Shown here in pieces: positions 25,086 to 38,610 of a DNA stretch of 64,000 nucleotides (its first letter is position 1; every line of letters starts with the position of its first letter). Source of the stretch: Vicugna vicugna (lineage: Eukaryota); the NCBI GenBank assembly GCA_013265495.1, contig MU061579.1, positions 2,291,319-2,355,318 on the forward strand. Direction: 5' to 3'. Under the pieces are notes generated by a model that searched no databases, was not told the origin of the DNA, and saw nothing but the letters and a program-made list of their open reading frames with translations. Position numbers and translations under genes: made by a program.

Positions 25086-27125
25086 CTTCTTTTGTATATG
25101 ATATATTTATGCTAAAGCTTTCTGGTAACAAAATACACTTTTTCCTAGTATCAGATTAATAATTCAAGGTCATAATAGTCAAGATCGTTATTAAAACTAA
25201 GATGTTACAACTAATTTAATTTTTTTTTTCTGTGAAGAGCATATTTAGCTACTAGCACAAGCATGGGGTTTCCTTTGATGCTTAACAGAAGTTAGTCTAA
25301 GGAAGACAGATACTGACAGACAAAATATGCCAAACATGAACATTAAGAATTACTCCTAACTTAAGTATTCACATTTTGTTTTCTCTAATGGATTCCGAAG
25401 AGAAGAAAACACAAGGCTTGTAAAGGAAAAAAAAAAAAATGAAGTATCATGCCAGGAAACAAATGATTCATTCATTATTGAGCAAGGGGAAAACCCACTT
25501 TTAGTAATTGTAAATAACTCATTTTTTTTTTAATTCCTAAAAGTGGTTTCAAATTGTTCAATGATTCCTAAATTCTTTAAAAAAATTGAATCAATTTTGG
25601 TTAATTTTGTGTCAAAATACAAATTTTTATCAGAATATTTTTTCCCTGTGATTCTGTTTATTTATAATTGTGAAAAATTAAAATAAAAATAATGCTCCAA
25701 TGGTTGGGCTATACTAACTGCCCCCCATACCTCATCTTCCTATTTGTAGATTACTGTTAATATCATTGTTAACTACCAAAATCAATCATTTATCTGTGAA
25801 GCATTTTAAAACCACTAGAAATTGTTGTATCATTTGAAGTCTTTATTAAGTTTATTGACAGTAGATTATTGTTGAGAAACGCATTTCATTTTTGGATGCC
25901 TAGATTTATGACAGATTTAGTTACAAGGAAAATGAATTTGATGGATAACACAGGAGGCTTTGAGCTGCATGGAAAAATATCACAATTTTTCATAATATTA
26001 CTGTCTCGCATTGAACTATCTGCTTTCTTGCTGCCCAAGGTTGAAGCAAATATTTTATTAGAAATCAAATCAATTTGAGACAATAAAAAGCCTATATTCT
26101 ATCAGTGGGTAAAGTACAAGCTCCTCAAAGATCCTCTTGGAAATTAATAGAATATACCAGTTCATGTATTACAATACTGCATCCAAGAGTAATAAAGGAT
26201 TCCGTTTTCACTCTTCTCCTTAACCTTGCTCCTTTATGTGAAGTCTTCGATGCCAGCGTCGATCTGATATAAAAATGCTTTGTGCTGTATGTCACTGAGG
26301 TTTTCTCTTTTTAATGTTGCCCTTATTCAATTTTAGCCCAGTCTAGAGAGAGTCAGAATTCATATCTGTTACACTTCAGAGTTCCATTCACCAGTGGGGC
26401 CAGGCTCTGTTCTATTTCTGTTGCCAGTACATGGGCTCTATTAGAAGGGCATCTCAGGGGCAGAGGAGCAGAGGGGACTGTGGAGAGGGAGAAGGGGGAC
26501 CCTGAGTGCCTCATTCTCTAGTTCTTTTTTCCTTTTCATGTGAATCTCTCCTTCCGAGTCTCCACAAGTCTTTCCAGCAAACTCTCCCATCTACAACTTC
26601 TCTCCCAGTTTTTGCTCACTCCTCCCCTTCTTCCTGCTTTTCCTGGAAGATCTCCTTATGCTCTGGCTTTTTCTTTCAAGAGACACTTCACGACTTTCTC
26701 ACTCATATGCGATAGAATCATGGTGCCTTTCAAGCCTGACACCCAGGTTTGACGTGGTCCTCGGAACAAAGCTATTATTTTGACCCAGACTCCTAATTTG
26801 GCAATCCCTTTTCAAATGTCCTTCTTTTATTTTAAACCATGCTTAATATGAACCAAAGAGTTTCTGGTGTCCACTGGACGAAGACGAAAACCAGTTCCCA
26901 GAATTTAAGAGGGAATGCGAATTTATTTTAAAGTCAATGCATCAGTTACCATCTAACTTTCAAATCAGCTATGCTATTTATTTAACAGTGAGCTAATTTA
27001 ACTTATGGGATGTCAATAAAGCCATTATTTTCACTGATTATCATTCAAAATCTTCACTGAATTTATATTTTCCAAAAATAAAAGGAAAGCAAACTTACCA
27101 GGATTGGGCCTTAAGAAAAAAAAAT

Positions 27126-27142
27126 TATATATATATATATAT
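27126..27142 (+). repeat. (TA)n microsatellite
   Basis: tatatatatatatatat. Confidence 0.85.
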
Positions 27143-28039
27143 AATCAGAAATATTTCATACTCAGAAAAATAGTATCATTATACATATGCATGATCCTTG
27201 ATAGTTCTGGTTTTCATCAGATTTTATTGCAAGCAGTGGAGGAAAGATTTCTTAACCCCTAAAATGTTAACATATTTTTTTCCTAAATGTATGTGGCCTA
27301 GTACAAATCAAGTGGCCATCATCAGTATGCATTTCTTGTAGAATGGAAACATAAGTGACATTTTGAAATATTTTAATTGCATGTTCAGAAGTGCTAGTGG
27401 ATATGCCAAAGTGAGAATAAGATCCTGAAACTAATTAATGTGGCTTCATTTATCAAGAGCGCTAGGGCTGTTATAAATACTAATAATAGCATTGTAACAG
27501 TCTAGTTCCGTTTGTCTGTTGATACTCTGTGCTGTCATAGTGCCTCACACCACTGAGTTGAAGTAAGTCTTTGTGCAAATTTAACAAAAAAAAGCATTCC
27601 ACATTGTTTGGTAGTAAATTCATGAGACTGCCTCTGCTTCTAAGGCTTCTTACTCTAGTAAGTAATGATCTTACACTAGGATGTACAGTACTGAGATTGA
27701 TGGACTTGAAAGAAAAACAACTGTGTTCATTGTTTATAGAGCTAGAGGACTAAAGGAATCAGTAAAACACATTCTACATTCAAATACATTAATTATCAAA
27801 AATATGTAAAAATCCAAAAATATAATTGCACAACCATCCTATGAGGGAGGTAAAGGTGAACTGAAGGGAGAGATCAATACTCACACGTTAGTTTTAATAT
27901 AAGTTCTTGCATCATAACTGGAGGCTACACTGAAACAGAAGAGACTTCAAAACAGCCTTCTTGGATAAAGCCCAGCCTTCATTTCTCATCTTTAAACATC
28001 TGGGACTGTTTGCCAGGGGAATGTTTGTCTACCACTGCT

Positions 28040-28240
28040 GTTGTGAGAACGTATGGAAAGAGCATTAGTTACGAATTCTAGATTTGGTCATGAATCTTCT
28101 ATTCCTTGGTAATTTTTTTCCATCCAATTTTATTTCTCAGGTCTTCAGTTTTTTCACGCATCAACATAAGGGAGTTGGACTGACCAACGTTATAGGTCTT
28201 TTCAACTACGTCTAAAAGGCCATGGTTCTGGAATCTTTGA
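28040..28240 (+). mobile_element. MIR3-like SINE
   Basis: ggaaagagcattag ... tcagtttttcacgcatcaacataagggagttggactga ... aggtcttttcaact. Confidence 0.55.
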
Positions 28241-28719
28241 TATTAGATAATTGGTGTCCCAGAGAAAGAATACAGTCAGAGTAAAACTTAATAGTTAGAC
28301 TTGTATCCAAGAGAAAATTGCCTGCCAGTATGGAATTCTAAAAATAATTTGTGGGTCCTTATGAGTCACATCTAAAGGCAACTACTTTCTAAGTTTCTAA
28401 GAAAGTTTTCTACTTTCTAAGGCAATGAAGAATCTCCACAGGCAATAAAGACAATCCAAGAATGTGGCAAAGATATGTTAAATCCAAACAAAATGCTCGT
28501 ATTAGAAAGAGAAAGAAAGCCAGCCATGACAAACATAAATACGTGTGAAGAGAAATTCCCCTCAGAGCTAAGTATTTACTGAATTTATATTTGGATCCTT
28601 CTTCAGGAAGCATTATAAATCACCACCCTCATTACCTCAACACACACTATTTTATGCTAGTTTGGTTATAGAAAAGGCTTTCAATTTTAGTTCTTTTAAC
28701 ATGGAAAATGCAAAGAACA

Positions 28720-28950
28720 TGGCAGAAGAGAATGCTTTGGATTTTAGTGGTAACTATTCAATCAATTTATAAGCTTTGTGACCTTGGGCAATTGACCTAG
28801 CCTCTCTGATATTCAGCATTCTCATTTGGAGCATTAGTAAAATCCATAACCTCCTGAACTGGATTGGGGTGAGATTAGAAACTATCTATGAAGCATGTCT
28901 CATGGTGTCTGCCATAGACTGGATCTTCATCAGTTCTCAGTTGATTTTCC
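28720..28950 (+). mobile_element. MIR
   Basis: gctttgtgaccttgggcaattgacctagcctctctga ... ctcatttgg ... gtgagattaga. Confidence 0.7.
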
Positions 28951-29004
28951 TTCAACTTACTCTCAATAAGCACAACTCTCAATTCTTGGAATTTGTAAAT
29001 TTGT

Positions 29005-29130
29005 GATTTAATCCTGGCTTTGCTGCAGAATGTGTGACCTTGAGAAAACGACTGTCCCTTTACGCTTCAGTGTTACCTGTAAAAGGAAGATTTGAACTCT
29101 ATAACCTTAAATCCTCCAGTCTCCTTTCAC
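29005..29130 (+). mobile_element. MIR/MIR3 fragment
   Basis: atcctggctttgc ... tgtgtgaccttgagaaa ... cttcagtgttacctgtaaaagg. Confidence 0.6.
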
Positions 29131-29680
29131 CTAATTTTATTTCTTCAGATTTTTGTAGTTTTAAAGGAACAACAGCAACAAAATAGATGTGCTACCACTT
29201 TCTGATTCTGCAATAGACTACAATATTTTTCTATGCAACATGTCATAATCCAAGAATATACTAACTGTTGTGACCTTCTTAAATCAAAGCCTCATCCTAT
29301 GTGAGAATCATCTTGAAAAACATCCTACTTTCCACCTGGACTAGTTTAGAGTCTTGAGATGGGTATTTTTAATCTTTCTTAAAAACAGGGAAAGTTTAAT
29401 CCACGAACAGAGATTTTTTTTCTTACTTGAAATTTTCCTTCTGCTAGTAATTTCTATTGGGTCGTAAACATCTAAGTTGAAGTTTCTTTTGGCCTGCAGC
29501 TGATTTCTCCTTGTGTTCTAAATGACAACCACTGATTACATTAATATTCAGATCTCTGTCCTGTCTTCCCAAAAGGTCACTTTTTGTCTTTTTAAAAAAT
29601 TAAGTTCATGTATTTCTGAGAAGAAAATTATTATTTCCTATGAAGATGGACTGTAGTTACAAGGGCCTTTCTTAAAGCAT

Positions 29681-29702
29681 ACAAACAAACAAACAAACAA
29701 AC
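29681..29702 (+). repeat. (ACAA)n microsatellite
   Basis: acaaacaaacaaacaaacaaac. Confidence 0.9.
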
Positions 29703-30713
29703 ACTATCTCCACTTTAGATTATCAAACGATTCACTGTTATATAGATATTATATCAAATCTGCAAAGCAAAACTTGTGAGAAATGTATACCCAATTCCTA
29801 TTTTACTTGCTCCTCTGCCAAAAAAATAATGACTATAATCTCATTATGAAGAAATGGTTGAACAATGACAAAGGTGATCTTTGTACAACTCAATTTTCCC
29901 TATCTAAAATTTAAAAGTATTCTAATATCTTCAGAATGCACTTGAAAATATCTTTGTCTTTGGGCACAGTATTCCACAGCACATTGTGATATTCACACCT
30001 ACGTGGAAATGACAGTTTCATAGATTGTAGTTAGAGAGTGACTTCTTCCTTAGTCCTTTCCTTAATGATTTTATGATGGAGAGGCTATTCAATGTTATTC
30101 TTCTGTCTTACTCCAAAATCTTCCTCTTTTCCAACTCACAGGGAAAAGCAAACAGAAAACAACAGCAACAAAACTTAATCCAAGGGTAAGAAGTCTTTAA
30201 TTAATAAGTGAATGTAATTCGCTCATCATTGTGCCAGCTTACCTTACTGGAATATCATGTAATTAACTTCCAGATCCCTTGACATTTAAACGTTAGGTGA
30301 AGGTAATAAACTATATCTATTTTGTCCCAAGTTTCCACCTGAAAATCCTTTATTTTTCTTGTTTATCTCTTCCTGGTATGCCTTTTCTGTAAGGACACCT
30401 GACTAATACCTTAAAAGTTTCCAAGAATGGATATTAGATTAGTTCCATGGTGCCCACTTAGTGGCTATAAAATATGGTGGATACTATTTATAGTATCTCT
30501 GGGAAATTTTGTCAGTTCTCTTTCTCCAATTATGTAGTTTAAAATCATGAGAATGGCTCATAAAATAGCATTTTCTTTCTTTTCCAGATACACATATAAG
30601 ATTAAAGGGTAAAATAGTCTGAATATACTTAATTCTTTTATAGTTTAGAAATATCTTGAAGCAAGATAGTACCATAGGAACATGTTTTAGTTTAAATGTT
30701 AGTTGGAATACAA

Positions 30714-30716
30714 AAA

Positions 30717-30755
<39 letters not shown>

Positions 30756-30757
30756 AA
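30714..30757 (+). repeat. (TAAA)n microsatellite
   Basis: About 10 perfect TAAA units. Confidence 0.95.
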
Positions 30758-31291
30758 AAAATATCAGTACATAGTTGTATACTCATGACGTAGGGAATAG
30801 TTCTCATAACAGGCAGCTTAGAAGTGTGTACCAAGAGAGAAAGGAACATAATGTGCCCAGGTACATGCGAGGATATTTAACGTCTAGGGAGGGCATTATA
30901 TTGCAAATGGTGGTCATTCACTAGGTCACTGTCAGGGTGAGGCTGAGCTAAAGCAGAAATGTAAATTACTATAAAGGCCAGCTTCTATCCCCTGGGAAAC
31001 ACACAGACACGGTGATTACATGAAACTATCCATTTATAAAAATTGTGTGTTTCTCCCAATTTGGACATATGAATCACCACATGAGAAAAGAATATTAAAA
31101 CATTAATCATTGTGATAAGCAGAGGGAACCCACAAAAATAGCATGTGATAAAAGGAGGAATGCATTTTTTTTTTTGGAAGTCACATTGTTTTAGCATGTT
31201 TATGCCTACAAGTGTATCAAAGCCGCTACATTTCCCTACATGGTAACATACTGATAATAATTAGATTCAATATATTATAATATGTTAGAGT

Positions 31292-31309
31292 GAGAGAGAG
31301 AGAGAGAGA
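31292..31309 (+). repeat. (GA)9 microsatellite
   Basis: gagagagagagagagaga. Confidence 0.9.
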
Positions 31310-34300
31310 TGATCGGTAGAATTATCACCTACATAGTCTGAGTTATAAACAGTTGTAAACACGCTAGTCTGAAGGAAAGTTAAACAGAATTCTCAGAATA
31401 TGAGAAACCCAACATTTTCCATATGCACTGTCATATTCCATTCTTTTTCTAATATTCATATTTCATGAACATTTAGTACACAGGCCTTGGGATTTTTTAA
31501 AGAGAAAAATAAATATATTCAATTTTGGTATTTGAACTATTTATCATTTAATTTACCATCAAGGCCTACTTAATTTTGTTTAAGACATGAAATTAATTTA
31601 AATCCCACCTCTTTTACTTTTGATATGCAAATATTTTCACTTTGATGTGGTAGCAATACAAATTGAAGTTTTCAACATGAACCGCTAATGCTAATTTGAT
31701 TACTTCTGTATTAGTGTTGAGTGCTACAAAAATAGCAAGAGATTGTTTAAAAAATGAAACTGGGAATGGAAGAACTCTTTCTCTGCAGGCCCTCTGCAAG
31801 GATGGTAGTATTAATGCATGTACATTAATGCTTGATGATTCTAATAGAACCATGAATGCAATTTTGAAGACAAATAATTTAGGATTTTTTAGGAAACCTG
31901 ACAGCTTGGTCCTTTATAAAAATTTGAGTTCATCAGAAAGTCCTCACTTTACTTAATAGCTCAGACAGTTTGAATCTGTTTAAAATATTTCTTGCAGATG
32001 ATTTAGACAACGATTTATTTTTAGCAGTAAAGATGTTTATCAAATATAGTGACGACAAGGTGGCTGAATTGTGAATTCAATATTTTTTGGATGGCAGTGG
32101 ATCAGGCTTTTTAAAAAAGAAAGAATGAGCCTTTTAAAAAAAGATTTATTTAATTGATTTATTTGATGACATTGAAGAGATTTCTAATGACCTGTAACAA
32201 AAGCAATGATATAAATATCTTGTTGCAACTCAAGCTAAGTATACCTAAAAAGTGTTGAAAAACAATTTTTTCCCTCTTTTTAAAATAGTATTTGAAAATG
32301 GTATCTCACCATATTGAAAAATAAATATATATGTCTATCCATGATCTATAAGATACTCCCAATGGGGGAGCTGCAGTAATAACTGCCACCTGTAGTGTGC
32401 CTGCAGCGTGCATGTCGCTTGTCAGTTTATCGATGAAATGCCTGTGTCTGTCTGTCTGTAATTTGCTTTATGCCTGAAAGTCTCTATGCTCGTTAACCTT
32501 TTACAGGTGCCGCACCATTCCAAGGAACTGCAGGTACTAAAAGAATAAGCAGTACTTATAAAGGCACAGCACACTTCTGAGCAATGTTTTGGAGGCCACC
32601 TAGTGTGTTAGATATCCACAAACAAGCTAAGGAAGTAAAACACAAGAGTAGCTAATGATTGAATGAGGGCCATGTACAGTTCCTGCATATTATCCCTCGT
32701 CAGACCAAAAAAAAAAAAAATTGATTTAAAAAAAGAGAAGGAGAGAGATTGAGAGATTTGGGTCAATCATTACTTTATCAAATTATCAAAAGTTTTTCCT
32801 CAAGATGTGACTAGAAAAAAATGTTTTAGAAGGTATGCACATACTGCTGATTTTTTTTAAAAGATTCTCAATAATGTATGTGGCATATGAATATAGAAGG
32901 CAGAGATTAACTAGGTTAGAATGTTGATGAATAGAGATTAATAGGCTGATGGATCATATATAAAATTAATTACATTAAGGATTAAATACTGAACACTGAC
33001 TGGTTGATTCTCTTTAAAATTGTAATAGAACTTTTTGTGCAATGTAGTCATTAAATAAGATCAAGCATTTGACTATTCCCCACTTGTGGAAATTCACAAT
33101 TTGTGAATTTAGGGAGGAAAAAAGTATACAGTAATAGCGTCAAAGAAGTGGGATAATGTTTATATGTATTACATATACGTATATAATGTATACATATATA
33201 ATACATATAAACATTATTTTGTGTATATATGGTGTAGACATTTTTTCAACATGATAACAACTTTAATTCCAGAATGGTATGGCTTTGACATAAATATTCT
33301 TAACCTCCATGTGTGGAAGAAAAAGAAGAGATTCTGACTCTTTTTCATCAGTGCCTCCAAAAAACCAATTTTCTTTTTTTTGAATTAGTCACAAATTTCT
33401 TTTTCAAAATTTCTTTTACAAATGTGTCTTTTTATATACAATGTAAAGTTTTAAAAGAATTTAAGTCGATCTACCATGGGTAAAGCCTTATTAAATAGGT
33501 ATTGAATAGACTTGGGCAAACCACTTATAAAACCCAATAGTCTTATTACTGAAGTTGGTAAATGGTATTGTGATTATGGAAATCATTAATGCTATTAAAA
33601 ATAATGATGTCACTGATACTGGGCTTTATCACTGAAACTGTTTTCAAGGACTGAAAATGGGGCAAAGCATAACGCGAGCCCATTTCTTAATGGGCTCACA
33701 ATCTAAATTACCATCTAGCTCAACCTCCTATTTTGAAAGTGCAAACTCTTTTAAAGTCACTTATGGAAATTGTTAAGCGTAATAATTCCATCTTCTTGTT
33801 TCCATAATGAGTATAAAAACTATCTAAAATTCTTTACATATGTAATAAAGAAAATAGGGGTTGGATATAGTAAGAACAGAAGGCATTCTATTTTTCTCAC
33901 TTTGAAAAAGAGGTTTTATAGATGTAAATGTTCATTGCTTTCTTCATCTCTTCATCTCTTTCTCACCTCACACTAGTTCTTTTAATTCAGACGTCAGACT
34001 TTTCAAAAAGCTGTCTGTTTGAAGACTCTTCCTCTTCCTGGAAGCACTGAAGCCACCAATGAAATGTTATGTCTTAAATTTTATCTCCTGAAATATACCA
34101 TTGGCTCATGTTAAAAGGAAACTGAGTCCTACTTCTCACCCTCCAGTCTTAATATCAGTTCTTATTTTGCCAGTCTTCATTTTCATGTAAACAGCCAACT
34201 TGTCCACTGGATCCTTTACAAATAATGTGAAAACGAGAAATGGTCTATCTTATTTGGAGTGCAGGGTTATGAGAGAGGGAAAGGGGACAGGGACTGTACA

Positions 34301-34364
34301 AGGGGAGAGAACTAGTGTAGAACATCCTTGATAAAAGCATTGCTTTGTTAGGCCTTAGTTCCAT

Positions 34365-34480
34365 TCAGATCAGTGCTCATGTGACAGGAACTGATTTTTA
34401 AAATTTTTTTTCACTCTTCATTTAAATTTCAATAGCCCCATTTGGCTAGTGGTTACCATATTGCACAGTACAGATTTAGA
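34365..34480. mobile_element. MER3/MER33/Charlie1-type hAT fragment
   Basis: aatagccccatttggctagtggttaccatattgcacagtacag terminal motif. Confidence 0.65.
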
Positions 34481-34819
34481 TACTCAAGTTCTCATTTCAT
34501 TTTAAAAGACAAAGATAAACTATTTTCAATTTAGCCTTTGAAGTAGACCCCAAAGAGTTAAACTGGCCATCATTCTTTTGAAGGTTCATTATTCCTTTTG
34601 TTAATTTCATACAACTTATCTTGGCTTCTGTAGTTTTCAACTACTCCTTCATTGAATATAATTAAAATGTATCTTGCAAGTTAGGATTACAGACATATGT
34701 ATATATGTGTATATATACAATTTACATATTAATTATATATATAATTTTCTTTATTACTGGAATTTCAATAAACATATATAAAGATTGTTATGGAAATTAG
34801 CCATGGCCTTAACACTTCC

Positions 34820-35060
34820 CTGGTGTGATGGTTAAGGTCATGGCTTTGAAGTCAAATAGACATGGGATTAAGTTCTAGTTCTGCGACCAGCTGAGTGATC
34901 TTGAGCAAATAACTAAGCTTCTTAAGTCCTCGTTTGCTCCATGGGTTGAGGTAAGAATGCTTCATGTGTTGTAGCATTGTGGTGGAGATTAAATGAGCTA
35001 GTACTACAAAGCACGGAGCATTGTACTTGTCTCATAGTGTTTGTTCAGTAAATGTCAGCA
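34820..35060 (+). mobile_element. Near full-length MIR
   Basis: gtgatggttaaggtcatggctttgaagtcaaatagacatggg ... gctgagtgatcttgagcaa ... ggagattaaatgag ... ttcagtaaatgtcagc. Confidence 0.8.
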
Positions 35061-37424
35061 TGTGAGCCAGTCTCATTCCTAATGCTGCATATGAATAAAG
35101 GTGTCAGAATGAACTTTGTTTCTTTTATGTGGCTGACAATGGATAATCCCCAACCCAGCTGAACACAAACAGTGCCGATGGGTTTTAGTACTTTTTTCTC
35201 CACTGACTACACAAAGATACAGCGTGATCTTACAGAATATCTCAGTGTAACAAGAATCTTAAACACTTTGGAGAAAATGGTACTATTTTCAAGTGTTAAA
35301 AGAATCGTCCCAAGGAAAGAGATGCTTCTTTTAAGACTTGAAAATAGTATCATTGAGCTTCTAGCTTTTGCTCTTGAATAGTGAAACTGTGGAGCCATGT
35401 ACCTGTTGGTTTTCAGATGGGGCCAATTTCTTTATTACAGCCAAAGTTAGGGAAAGGTTCTTGTCATTTGAGAGGCCTTCAATCTATGATCTTACAAATG
35501 ACATCAGCTGAAAGGGAAGGACCTGACACTACCAACTGTAATGGGAAAAAAATTACTAACACTAAAATACGTATAGTAAGTTCTTCATCCTCAGTCCCCC
35601 AACTACTGTCATTAATGTCAAGGCTCGGTGAGGGCAATTATCCCACTCTTTTTTTGGCAAACAGTCCCCAGACATCAAACTGCCCTTCCTAAGATGTTCA
35701 CTTCCTGTCACTTCAGCTGAATGTAAAGGTGGAGGAGTGGAACTGCGTGCCAGTCTATGCTGCTTCTGACCCTAGTTTCTGCTTTTCCCATTAGGAGATC
35801 CTGTGTGGGTGGATACTGTACTTGCCATTATTTTTTTAAGTAAATCTAAGAAACAAAGTGTTCACATACTTTGCAATCGGATTATAGTGTTTTCCCCTTT
35901 CCAAAGTGAGGTATGTGCCTGTGAGTCTAATGCACCTATTAACTAGACTGAATTGAAATAGAGAGGGAAGGAACCATTGGAGTGGCAAGATACATGGAGA
36001 CTGATAATAATGATGATGAATAACATCATTATAAAGCATAAAACTTTGTTAATTGTAAGGAAAGCCTGTTCCTAACATAAATATTAGACAATTGTCAAAA
36101 AGTAGTATGCCCACATCTGGGCATCAGCCATACTGTCTTAGGTTTTGTTACAGCCTTATAAGAAAAGCAAATTAAAGCCAGGTCAGAGGAAAAAGAACTT
36201 GTAGGTTTATTTTTTATATTTTTTACAGGAAAGAAAATATTTTAAGAGTTTTGAAGAACACCATCAATTTAAGGTTTTTGCCAAATAGTGATGACCCTTA
36301 AAAAAAAAGTCTAAGTTTGGAAGATTTAGTTCAATGTAAATTCAATAGAAGATTGGGATAAAATTAAAGTGAAAAACAAAACTGCTATGATGCCCACCAA
36401 ATGTTTAGAAGAGGGTGGCTCTGTATAGATGTATGTTCATGGTTTATAACATCCCACTAATGTGTGAGTCTGGAAACTAGAAAAGTTAAAAAAAAAAAGC
36501 TAGGTTGGTAGCTATTTGGATAGAATTTATACATAGGTAGTGAAAAAGACTGTGTTGACTGCCTAGTTGATATTTTCAAACATCAGTATACGTACTTAAA
36601 ATTCTGGTAGAAGTATCAGCTCTATTTAGAAAAACAAGCATAACGGGGAAAAAATCCTACTACCCACTTAGGTTGAAATAAAAATTCTCAGAATTATCAA
36701 TTCTCATAGGCTGCAGTTACTTATTATCTTTCTGTAAAATGTCTATTTAAATCTCGTTAAGAACAAACTGTGCAGTTTATGTAGATTATTGCAAATTATA
36801 AGCAATTGGAAATCTGTAGAATTTAGCTAGCCTGGGAAATGATGGTCTGATGTACCTGTGTTTTCACGTGCAATACTCTGGCTATTTCGGCTTCCTATCT
36901 GAGCGGACACCATGACCTGTGACAGCTTTGGAGCAGCTATGCTGTGATATGAATAAGCAGCTGTTCAGAAAAGATGTAAAGAAGCGAACTCATTATACTG
37001 TAGCTTGTTTTGCACTAGAAAACTTTGATTCCTAGCTTTTAAGAGTGAAAACAGTAGGTAAAAGGAAATTCAAATTGGGAAAGATGATAAAAAACAAATT
37101 TGTGTGAGACTCAAAGATCGGCTTTCGGACATACCCACCTAAATGCATGAAAGATATGTAAATATCATACATTGCTACTTAGTTATTTGAAAACAGTTCA
37201 TTGGTTGAGATGGTCCTGTTAACATTTACGTTTTTGTGTTTATGTTTGGACTGTTTGTGCAATGTCTTGATGAAGTCAAAGTATGTACACTTTGAAATAT
37301 ATAAAGAAATCACTCTTCTTTATTAAAAACAGATACAATATTAATATTAGAGTTTTTTAATCCCATAGATATATTCAAAGCCATCCCAAAATTGACTTTA
37401 GAATACTAAGGCATCTTAATATTT

Positions 37425-37762
37425 AGATTTGTATCGCCCAATACAGCAGCCACTAGCCAGTTATGACAATTGAGCAATTATTACGTGGTTAGTCCAAATT
37501 GAGTTGTGCTGTAACACAGAGATCAGATTTAGAAGGCTTCGTACAAATAAAAAGAATGTAAAACATCTCATTAACAATTCCATATTGATTCTGTATTGAT
37601 ACCAAAATATCTTAGATATTTTGGGTTGAATAAACACATCATTAGAGTCAATGTCACTTGTTTCTTTTTTTTTTAAATATAGTCACAAGGATATTTTTAA
37701 TTATGTTTATGGTGGCTTACACATGATTTGAATTATATATTCCTATTGGCATTGATGTAGAT
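37425..37762. mobile_element. MER33-like hAT-Charlie MITE
   Basis: ccaatacagcagccactagcca ... gtccaaattgagttgtgctgtaa ... aaaagaatgtaaaacatctcatta ... agatattttgggttgaataaa ... ctattgg; about 330 bp. Confidence 0.75.
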
Positions 37763-37833
37763 AGCATTTATCCTTCAACACAAAAGAGAAGTTCTGTAGT
37801 TTAGAGATAAACAACGAAGCAAGTGTATGTATG

Positions 37834-38311
37834 TGTATGTTTCTTTTCTATTGCTGCTTTAATGAATTTTAACACAAACTTAGTGGCTTTAAACAATACA
37901 AATTTACTATCTTACAGTTCTGGACATCAGAAGTCCAGAGTGGAGCTCACTGGGCAAAAATCAAAGTATCAGGAAGGCTATATTCCTTTTGGAGGCTCTA
38001 GGGTAGAATCCCTTTTTTGCCTTTTCTTCACACATTCTTTTTCTAGTGACCTCATTCTTCCATCTTCAAAGCAACATGGGACAAATACTTCTAAGACTGT
38101 CATCTCTCCAGTTCTCTCTCTGCCTCCCTCCTTCTTCTACTTATAAGGACCGTATGGTTAGGTCCATCTAGATAATCCAGGATAATCTTCCTATCTCAAG
38201 GTCAAGTGATCTGCCACTTTAAGCCTCCCCTTGCCATTAACCTAAAATGTGCAAAGGTTCCTGAGATTCGGATGCAGACATCTTTTGGCATCCATTATCC
38301 TGCCTACCACA
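37834..38311 (-). mobile_element. MaLR solo LTR (MLT1C/D-like)
   Basis: TG...CA termini; acaaacttagtggctttaaacaatacaaattta ... ggaggctctagggtagaatcc ... ataatccaggataatcttcctatctcaaggtc ... ccattatcctgcctaccaca; 5-bp TSD gtatg/gtgtg. Confidence 0.88.
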
Positions 38312-38375
38312 GTGTGTATACTTAGGTTTATCTTTAATGTAATACATAAATATATAAAATTTATATATAAAATAT

Positions 38376-38435
38376 TTCTTCCTTCTTCTCTCCCTCCCTC
38401 TCTCCCCACCTCTTTCTCTCTTTCCTTCTTTCTTT

Positions 38436-38490
<55 letters not shown>

Positions 38491-38610
38491 CTCTTTCTTT
38501 CTTTCTTTCTCTCTCTCTCTCTTTCTATTCTTTTTTTCTTTCTTTTTCTTTCTTTCTTTCTTTTTCTTTCTTTCTTTCTTTCTTTTTCTTTCTTTCATTT
38601 TTCTCTCCAT
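38376..38610 (+). repeat. Long polypyrimidine (TTTC)n/(TC)n tract
   Basis: About 235 bp almost entirely C/T. Confidence 0.95.
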
